Shown here piece by piece: positions 54,619-64,000 of a DNA stretch of 64,000 nucleotides. Source of the DNA: Eledone cirrhosa (Eukaryota). Position 1 is the first letter of the stretch, and every line of letters starts with the position of its first letter. A program made the translations under genes and the position numbers. A model generated the notes under the pieces. The model searched no databases. It saw only the letters and a program-made list of their open reading frames with translations, and was not told the origin of the DNA. The stretch spans positions 34,906,001 through 34,970,000 of the forward strand of contig OZ024755.1 in the NCBI GenBank assembly GCA_964016885.1. Reading direction: 5' to 3'.

Positions 54619-54650
<32 letters not shown>

Positions 54651-54664
54651 CTGTATATTGTATC

Positions 54665-55065
54665 ATCACCATTGTTTAACATCTATCTTCCACGCTAGCA
54701 TATATTGGACAGTTTTGCTCCACTTGAGACAAGATTAGTCGGGTGACCGTGTCTTGCTTGTTCAGAACTGTCCCTGGCAGGTTTTCTACGGCTGGATGCC
54801 CTTCTTAACACCAACCACATTTACAGTGTGGACTGGGAGACTTTTTACCGTGTTTCCTACACGGCCATATTGCAGTGTGGACTGTATGTTTTTTTGTCAT
54901 GACACCTACATGATCTCTTTAGTTTGGACTGGATGTTGTGGTACCAACATAACTTTACAGAGAAAGGGATGGTGTTGGTGGGAGTGGGAGGATGGAGTAG
55001 GGGTAGTGGGTTGGGGGTGTATATTTGGTTAGGAGGTGCCTACTGACTGTAGGTTTAACTTTGTA
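54665..55065 (-). mobile_element. SINE-like element with RTE-type tail
   Basis: Inverted homolog of 24900-25318. Confidence 0.75.
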
Positions 55066-55139
55066 GGGAAGGCGGGTCTTCTGAATTACTGTGTGGCGCC
55101 AAAGATCTTGACCCAGTGACATTGTCTTAGACAGATATA

Positions 55140-55172
<33 letters not shown>

Positions 55173-55290
55173 TATATACACGGGTGTGTATGATTGTGTA
55201 TAGAAGATTATATTAATAAAAGGAATTTCAAATTTTGTCTGATTTACTTGTTTTATTTACAATCCTTTAAAATTATAATGATATTATAAT

Positions 55291-55477
55291 TGTTTCTACT
55301 ATTGAAACAAGGCCAGCAATTACCTAGTACATTACTGGTACTTTATTTTATCGACCCCGTAAGGATGAAAGGCAAAGTTAACCTCGGCGTGATTTGAACT
55401 CATAATGGCAAGGGCCGTAACTCTATGTTTCAAAGCATGGCGTCCGACCCTCTACCGATACTGCCAATCCACCGCCC
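55291..55477 (-). mobile_element. SINE family N, full length, inserted in element B
   Basis: Flanked by the direct repeat TTAAAATTATAATGATATTATAAT (55267-90 and 55478-501). Confidence 0.9.
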
Positions 55478-55532
55478 TTAAAATTATAATGATATTATAA
55501 TGAAATAGTATGGTAGAATGTTAAATGTTAAT

Positions 55533-55570
55533 TGAACAAGTACTTTCATGCTTTCGCAATCTTCAGGTTC
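55533..55570 (-). ncRNA. Minimal hammerhead motif (element B, single arm)
   Basis: Same core as 61104-61142. Confidence 0.75.
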
Positions 55571-55643
55571 CTATTCTGTGGTGACAGTCAAGTTTGCAAT
55601 TCCCCCTTCCCACGCACAGACACACATATATATATATATATAT

Positions 55644-55985
55644 GGAGGCACATGGCTTAGTGGTTAGAGCATTGGCCTTGCAATCGAAAGGTTGTGAGTT
55701 CAATTCTCGGACCGGGTGATGTGTTGTTTCCTTGAGCAAGACACTTTATTTCACATTGCTCCGGTTTAGTCAGCTGTAGAAATGAGATGATAGGGACTGG
55801 GGTCCATATCATTCCACTGCAAAGTGGTCGTGGAGGTGCCACGGCAAAAAAGCACCCAGCACTCACTGTAAATGAGGTTGGTGTTAGGAAGGGCATCCAG
55901 CTGTAGAAATCAAGCCAGAATCAGCTCCCGTCCCACCCTTGCAAGCAGGGAAAAAGCAGACGTAAAATGAAATGATGATGAAATG
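55644..55985 (+). mobile_element. CORE-like SINE family C with RTE tail
   Basis: A-box TGGCTTAGTGG, B-box GAGTTCAATTC; its tail seeds the 180-bp array. Confidence 0.9.
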
Positions 55986-58900
55986 ATTCTCCATTGTACA
56001 TTTTCCTAATCCCTTTCCCAACTACTTGACAGACTGTACAGACACTATGTCAAGTCGTGGGTGTTAGGAAGGGCATCCAGCTGTAGAAATCAAGCCAGAA
56101 TCAGCTCCCGTCCCACCCTTGCAAGCAGGGAAAAAACGGACGTGAAATGAAATGATGATGAAATGATTCTCCATTGTACATTTTCCTAACCCCTTTCCCA
56201 ACTACTTGACAGACTGTACAGACACTATGTCAAGTCGTGGGTGTTAGGAAGGGCATCCAGCTGTAGAAATCAAGCCAGAATCAGCTCCCGTCCCACCCTT
56301 GCAAGCAGGGGAAAAGCGGACGTAAAATGAAATGATGATGAAATGATTCTCCATTGTACATTTTCCTAACCCCTTTCCCAACTACTTGACAGACTGTACA
56401 GACACTATGTCAAGTCGTGGGTGTTAGGAAGGGCATCCAGCTGTAGAAATCAAGCCAGAATCAGCTCCCGTCCCACCCTTGCAAGCAGGGGAAAAGCGGA
56501 CGTAAAATGAAATGATGATGAAATGATTCTCCATTGTACATTTTCCTAACCCCTTTCCCAACTACTTGACAGACTGTACAGACACTATGTCAAGTCGTGG
56601 GTGTGAGGAAGGGCATCCAGCTGTAGAAATCAAGCCAGAATCAGCTCCCGTCCCACCCTTGCAAGCAGGGAAAAAGCGGACGTAAAATGAAATGATGATG
56701 AAATGATTCTCCATTGTACATTTTCCTAATCCCTTTCCCAACTACTTGACAGACTGTACAGACACTATGTCAAGTCGTGGGTGTTAGGAAGGGCATCCAG
56801 CTGTAGAAATCAAGCCAGAATCAGCTCCCGTCCCACCCTTGCAAGCAGGGAAAAAGCGGACGTAAAATGAAATGATGATGAAATGATTCTCCATTGTACA
56901 TTTTCCTAATCCCTTTCCCAACTACTTGACAGACTGTACAGACACTATGTCAAGTCGTGGGTGTTAGGAAGGGCATCCAGCTGTAGAAATCAAGCCAGAA
57001 TCAGCTCCCGTCCCACCCTTGCAAGCAGGGAAAAAGCGGACGTAAAATGAAATGATGATGAAATGATTCTCCATTGTACATTTTCCTAATCCCTTTCCCA
57101 ACTACTTGACAGACTGTACAGACACTATGTCAAGTCGTGGGTGTTAGGAAGGGCATCCAGCTGTAGAAATCAAGCCAGAATCAGCTCCCGTCCCACCTTG
57201 GCAAGCAGGGAAAAAGCGGACGTAAAATGAAATGATGATGAAATGATTCTCCATTGTACATTTTCTTAACCCCTTTCCCAACTACTTGACAGACTGTACA
57301 GACACTATGTCAAGTCGTGGGTGTTAGGAAGGGCATCCAGCTGTAGAAATCAAGCCAGAATCAGCTCCCGTCCCACCCTTGCAAGCAGGGGAAAAGCGGA
57401 CGTAAAATGAAATGATGATGAAATGATTCTCCATTGTACATTTTCCTAATCCCTTTCCCAACTACTTGACAGACTGTACAGACACTATGTCAAGTCGTGG
57501 GTGTTAGGAAGGGCATCCAGCTGTAGAAATCAAGCCAGAATCAGCTCCCGTCCCACCCTTGCAAGCAGGGAAAAAGCGGACGTAAAATGAAATGATGATG
57601 AAATGATTCTCCATTGTACATTTTCCTAATCCCTTTCCCAACTACTTGACAGACTGTACAGACACTATGTCAAGTCGTGGGTGTTAGGAAGGGCATCCAG
57701 CTGTAGAAATCAAGCCAGAATCAGCTCCCGTCCCACCCTTGCAAGCAGGGAAAAAGCGGACGTAAAATGAAATGATGATGAAATGATTCTCCATTGTACA
57801 TTTTCCTAATCCCTTTCCCAACTACTTGACAGACTGTACAGACACTATGTCAAGTCGTGGGTGTTAGGAAGGGCATCCAGCTGTAGAAATCAAGCCAGAA
57901 TCAGCTCCCGTCCCACCCTTGCAAGCAGGGAAAAAGCGGACGTAAAATGAAATGATGATGAAATGATTCTCCATTGTACATTTTCCTAACCCCTTTCCCA
58001 ACTACTTGACAGACTGTACAGACACTATGTCAAGTCGTGGGTGTTAGGAAGGGCATCCAGCTGTAGAAATCAAGCCAGAATCAGCTCCCGTCCCACCCTT
58101 GCAAGCAGGGAAAAAGCGGACGTAAAATTAAATGATGATGAAATGATTCTCCATTGTACATTTTCCTAATCCCTTTCCCAACTACTTGACAGACTGTACA
58201 GACACTATGTCAAGTCATGGGTGTTAGGAAGGGCATCCAGCTGTAGAAATCAAGCCAGAATCAGCTCCCGTCCCACCCTTGCAAGCAGGGAAAAAGCGGA
58301 CGTAAAATGAAATGATGATGAAATGATTCTCCATTGTACATTTTCCTAATCCCTTTCCCAACTACTTGACAGACTGTACAGACACTATGTCAAGTCGTGG
58401 GTGTTAGGAAGGGCATCCAGCTGTAGAAATCAAGCCAGAATCAGCTCCCGTCCCACCCTTGCAAGCAGGGAAAAAGCGGACGTAAAATGAAATGATGATG
58501 AAATGATTCTCCATTGTACATTTTCCTAATCCCTTTCCCAACTACTTGACAGACTGTACAGACACTATGTCAAGTCGTGGGTGTTAGGAAGGGCATCCAG
58601 CTGTAGAAATCAAGCCAGAATCAGCTCCCGTCCCACCCTTGCAAGCAGGGAAAAAGCGGACGTAAAATGAAATGATGATGAAATGATTCTCCATTGTACA
58701 TTTTCCTAACCCCTTTCCCAACTACTTGACAGACTGTACAGACACTATGTCAAGTCGTGGGTGTTAGGAAGGGCATCCAGCTGTAGAAATCAAGCCAGAA
58801 TCAGCTCCCGTCCCACCCTTGCAAGCAGGGAAAAAGCGGACGTAAAATGAAATGATGATGAAATGATTCTCCATTGTACATTTTCCTAATCCCTTTCCCA

Positions 58901-59840
58901 ACTACTTGACAGACTGTACAGACACTATGTCAAGTCGTGGGTGTTAGGAAGGGCATCCAGCTGTAGAAATCAAGCCAGAATCAGCTCCCGTCCCACCCTT
59001 GCAAGCAGGGAAAAAGCGGACGTAAAATGAAATGATGATGAAATGATTCTCCATTGTACATTTTCCTAATCCCTTTCCCAACTACTTGACAGACTGTACA
59101 GACACTATGTCAAGTCGTGGGTGTGAGGAAGGGCATCCAGCTGTAGAAATCAAGCCAGAATCAGCTCCCGTCCCACCCTTGCAAGCAGGGAAAAAGCGGA
59201 CGTAAAATGAAATGATGATGAAATGATTCTCCATTGTACATTTTCCTAATCCCTTTCCCAACTACTTGACAGACTGTACAGACACTATGTCAAGTCGTGG
59301 GTGTTAGGAAGGGCATCCAGCTGTAGAAATCAAGCCAGAATCAGCTCCCGTCCCACCCTTGCAAGCAGGGGAAAAGCGGACGTAAAATGAAATGATGATG
59401 AAATGATTCTCCATTGTACATTTTCCTAATCCCTTTCCCAACTACTTGACAGACTGTACAGACACTATGTCAAGTCGTGGGTGTTAGGAAGGGCATCCAG
59501 CTGTAGAAATCAAGCCAGAATCAGCTCCCGTCCCACCCTTGCAAGCAGGGAAAAAGCGGACATAAAATGAAATGATGATGAAATGATTCTCCATTGTACA
59601 TTTTCCTAACCCCTTTCCCAACTACTTGACAGACTGTACAGACACTATGTCAAGTCGTGGGTGTTAGGAAGGGCATCCAGCTGTAGAAATCAAGCCAGAA
59701 TCAGCTCCCGTCCCACCCTTGCAAGCAGGGAAAAAGCGGACATAAAATGAAATGATGATGAAATGATTCTCCATTGTACATTTTCCTAACCCCTTTCCCA
59801 ACTACTTGACAGACTGTACAGACACTATGTCAAGTCGTGG
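55881..59840. repeat. 180-bp satellite, 22 near-identical units
   Basis: Unit = ~100-bp SINE 3' tail (GTGTTAGGAAGGGCATCC..GACGTAAAATGAAATGATGATG) plus ~80-bp unique flank. Confidence 0.98.
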
Positions 59841-60175
59841 ACAAATGTATGTGGTTCACATCATAATTTCTTTAATGTGCTATATCAAAATTTCCTTTCT
59901 GTTTTATTACTCACTGGAGGCTCATACTTCATCCTCAAGTTATTTATAATTACTCCCCATTAATTATCTGTTGGACACTTGGGGGAGCTAAACTTTGAAT
60001 AAAATTAGGTGTGATGTAATCTACTGAGTCCATGTGAGTGCATACATATATATATATATATATATGTGTGTGTATGTATGTATATGTGTATGTATATATA
60101 TATATATACATGTGTATGTATACGTGTATAATATATACATGTGTGTGTATATGTGTATGTATATGTGTATGTATA

Positions 60176-60207
<32 letters not shown>

Positions 60208-60282
60208 GCAATAATAAATACAAAGACCAAAATATGAAGAGGACTCATAGCAGTAATTTATTGCTTAAACTTTTAATCTGTA

Positions 60283-60320
<38 letters not shown>

Positions 60321-60402
60321 GAAGGAAATGTGGTAAGGAACCAGATGGACCATAATTAGCCGTCGAAACGGCTTGAGCTCAGCCGTCGGGGTCCTACTTG
60401 TT

Positions 60403-60460
<58 letters not shown>

Positions 60461-60613
60461 TACAGATTAAAAGTTTAAGCAATAAATGTAGGAGGTGAGT
60501 TTTATTGTAGTACAATAAAGCAATGCAGATATCGGATAAGAAGCACTCTACAGTTTGTAGGACTGGAGTATACATAATATAAGATCAAAAGATGGTTAAA
60601 GGAGTTCCATGTA

Positions 60614-60680
60614 TTTTATTATGCGCATTTCAAAAACAAACATCATCATGCAATAATATTTGTGTTTTCATCAGATAAAA
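60614..60680 (-). ncRNA. Type I hammerhead motif (element A, single arm 60487-60742)
   Basis: Near-identical to 53894-53960. Confidence 0.75.
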
Positions 60681-60741
60681 CAGGAGAACATGATATGAAG
60701 GCTAAAAACACTTGTGGATAGTGCAGTTTTAAATCAACATA

Positions 60742-60779
<38 letters not shown>

Positions 60780-61103
60780 ACCTGATTGCTTTTTTGTTGC
60801 TTTGGTATTATGTGGCTAGGCTTGCCTGCCGCAGTTTTCAATTTGTAAAGCTATCTAACGTATATTATTACTCTAAGGTGACACAGCCTTATTGAGTGCT
60901 TTGCTGCACACCCCTAATTGTATATCGTTAGTTTGGCCACAGCCAAAACTTCTATTTTACTAAACTTCTATTTGTATATATATATATATATATATTAATA
61001 AAAGGAATTCCAACTTTGTCTGATTAACTCGTTTTATTTACAATCCTTTAAAATTTATAATGGTATTCGAATGAAATAGTATGATAGAATGTTAAGTGTT
61101 AAT

Positions 61104-61142
61104 TGAACAAGTACTTTCATGCTTTCGCAATCTTCAGGTTCA
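61104..61142 (-). ncRNA. Minimal hammerhead motif (element B, left arm)
   Basis: Reverse complement of 61216-61254. Confidence 0.8.
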
Positions 61143-61215
61143 TATTGTGTGGTGACAGTCAAGTTTGCAATTTTCGACAGTTGAAAATTGAACAGTTGAC
61201 TGTCACCACACAATA

Positions 61216-61254
61216 TGAACCTGAAGATTGCGAAAGCATGAAAGTACTTGTTCA
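61216..61254 (+). ncRNA. Minimal hammerhead motif (element B, right arm)
   Basis: UGAAC-CUGAAGA-U-UGC-GAAA-GCA-U-GAAA-GUAC-UU-GUUCA: GNRA-capped stem II, palindromic AGUACU stem III, 5-bp stem I, triplet CUU. Confidence 0.8.
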
Positions 61255-61910
61255 ATTAACACTTAACATTAATACCATTATAAATTTTAAAGGATTGTAA
61301 ATAAAACGAGTAAATCAGACAAAGTTGAAATTCCTTTTATTAATATAATCTTCTATACACAATCATACACACCCGTGTATATTTATCTATCTATCTATAT
61401 ATATATATATCGAACTACACCACATGGGTTATTAGGCTTCTCTCTTAACCCATCACATCTCGTTCTCTCTCTCATTGATTCCGGTTTATTTTTATTGTTA
61501 TTCCTAAATCTCCTATGATGCTGATATAGATGTGCTGGCTGCCTCTCTCTCACTATTTCTCTCACCCCCACTCCCCACTCCCCACCATAGGCTATTCGAG
61601 CAATCAAACCTCAACCCATTATCAGCCCCAACAAACACTACTACTACTACTGCCCTCCTAGCCCTTACCAGCCCAAACAAACTCTGCCATTACTACTACT
61701 ACTGTCCTCCTAGCCCTGCACTAAATAATAATAACTCCCTACTGATATCTATGGATGAGCCTGGGATAAATGGAACAACCCCGAATTAGCAAATGAATGA
61801 ATCCACAAGCTACCAAACACCCATGCAAAGCTTCAATCCAGGAAGAGGTTGTATACACACACACCCGCAAAAATTAACCCCATTGTACGAGTGATGGCAA
61901 ATGCCAAAAT

Positions 61911-63819
61911 CTCCGAGTTGGAACCATCAATGTAAGCACAATGAAAGGAAGAGCAGGAGAAATTGTAGAGATGCTAGAGCGAAAAGAAATTGATGTATGC
62001 TGTGTGGAAGAGGAGAGTCCGCTAGAGTCTTTGAAGGCAAAAGTCAATGCTACAAATTTTTCTGGGTGGGAAATGACAACGGGATGGGAGGGGTAGGTAT
62101 ACTATTAGCTGACAAATGGGTAGATAAGGTAATCTCAGAGAACAAGGTGAATGCAAGAATCATTAAACTCAGACTAGTCCTGAATAAAACAATTACCAAT
62201 CGGGGTTGCCAGATGAACTTAAGGATAGATTTTATGAGTCCCTAATGCACACTTCTGCCCTAACAAACGACAATGACTTCCTAATCATTGCAGGAGATTT
62301 CAACGGACACGTTGGTAAATACTGTGGCGGCTTCTATAGAGTCCATGGAGGCCATGGGTTTGGCACAAGAAATGAAGAAGGCTTCAGGCTTCTGGAATTC
62401 TGCGACAACAATGACATGTTGATATGTAACACAAACTTCAAAAAACCTGACAACCATCTGATCACCTATAGATCAGGGGAGCATTCTAGTCAGATAGAAC
62501 TTATCCTCATCAGAGGGCGTGATAGATGGACGGTTGTAAACACAAACGCCTTCCCTGGTGAGGAATGTACCTCCCAACATAACTTAGTTGTCAGCGACCT
62601 CGCTGTCAGAACTAGACGAACTTGGAAACAGAAGGCAACCCGGAGAAGAAACATCTGGAAGCTGAAAGACCCCTCAGTCAGTAACAGGTTTAAAGCTATT
62701 CTACTCGATGCCTATGACTGTAAAGAAGAACAGATAGAGACATTCAATGTAGAAGATCACTGGGAGTTCCTAATAAATAATTTACTAAAGGCGACGGACG
62801 AGATCTGTGGCTGGAGTAAGACCACAAGCAGGGGAAGAGTGACTTGGTGGTGGAATAATAAGGTAGATGAGGCAGTTAAGACTAAGAGAAAGGCATGGAA
62901 AGAATGGAAGAACAGGGGTAGCAGGGTACATTAGACAGAGACCAGGAAGGAAGCTTTGTGACAAGTATATTTAGCTAGGAGGGAAGCAGAGGATAGAAAA
63001 TTCAAGCATGTTTTGCAACGTGAGGACTAGAAACAGGTGTTCAAGATTGTGAGGCAGTGTGTCAGAGAGAAATACGTCATTGGAGAGAAGTGTATCCGGA
63101 ATGATAATGGTGAGCTTGCCCTCATAAGTGCCGAGAAGAAAGCTGCGTGGACGAGCCATTATGAAATATTACTAAATGAGGAGAATGCATGGGAAAAAGA
63201 GACCCTACCCCAAGTGGACCCTATAGAGGGGCCAGCAGTACAAGTCAGCAGCAGCGTAGTAAGTAAGGCAATCAAAGATATGAAGACAGAGAAGGCAACC
63301 GGTCCATCGGGTATAGCTATCGAGATGTTGAAGGCATCTGGGTCGGTAGGTCACACCATAACCACACGTATTGTTAACCAGGTAATACTAGAGGGTATCA
63401 TACCAAAGGATTGGTGCAGCAGCATCATTGTCAACTGCTACAAAGGTAAAGGTGATGCACTAGATAGAGGAAACTATAGAGGTATATAGTTGATGGACCA
63501 GATCATGAAAGTAACGGAAAGAGTTATAGCACAGTTGATTAGGGACCGGGTAAAACTAGATGGGATGCAGTTTGGGTTTGTACCAGGAAGAGGCACCACT
63601 GATGCCTTCTTCCTTGTGAGGCAGTTACAGGAAAAATACCTAGCTAAAAGTAAGCCGCTCTACTTGGCATTAGTCGATCTGGAAAAAGCCTTCGACAGAG
63701 TTCCCCGTGCTATAATCTGGTGGGCTCTTAGAAAATGAGGAGTAGATGAATGGCTTGTGAAAGCTGTACAAGCCATGTATAGAGGAGCAGTCAGCAAAGT
63801 TAGAGTTAGCAATGAATAT
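61911..63819 (+). pseudogene. RTE-clade LINE 5' half: AP endonuclease plus N-terminal RT; decayed (possible 5' UTR from ~61410)
   Basis: LRVGTINV, GVGILL, IAGDFNGHVG, SQHNLVV, KGKGDALDRGNYRGI, QFGFVPGRGTTDA, DLEKAFDRV; stops and frameshifts. Confidence 0.92.
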
Positions 63820-64000
63820 TACTTTTCTTATTACCCACTCTAAGTGCATGACCCTATGGAAACTGAGTGCATATTCAACTTGTCTTATGACTTGCATCAC
63901 TCTTTTTACATTCAGATTTCCATCCATTATCATCTGCTTTGTATTTTTAAAAATTCTTGAAATAACATCAAATTCTTTAATTGAAAATTCTCTTGTTTGC

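Larger units (their letters stand above)
60991..61347. repeat. ~357-bp fold-back palindrome of element B
   Basis: Arms are reverse complements around ~61177 with few mismatches and one ~20-bp indel. Confidence 0.95.

Noticed and set aside
55881-59840. 180-bp array as a retrozyme tandem or CRISPR
   Set aside because: No CUGANGA/GAAA core found on either strand; units are identical and explained by SINE tail plus flank

Overview
This is AT-rich, repeat-saturated eukaryotic DNA, most consistent with an octopod cephalopod (inferred from the SINE, LINE and microsatellite repertoire). I found no supportable host protein-coding exon; almost all ORFs in the track are translations of microsatellites or transposon remnants. 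Contents: two abundant tRNA-derived SINE families, decayed RTE, R4/Dong-like and Ingi/Vingi-like LINE pieces, piggyBac-type (TTAA) and hAT-type MITEs, several satellites derived from transposons, and a 200-N gap. The main unexplained signal is about a dozen minimal type I hammerhead ribozyme motifs (CUGANGA..GAAA..NUH, often with a palindromic stem III) from several unrelated sequence families. They lie in short non-coding islands, mostly embedded in (TA)n tracts. Three families form 210-360 bp fold-back palindromes with one ribozyme on each strand. This resembles terminal repeats of Penelope-like elements (PLEs) or retrozyme-like elements, but no cognate ORF is present. All motifs and coordinates were read by eye.
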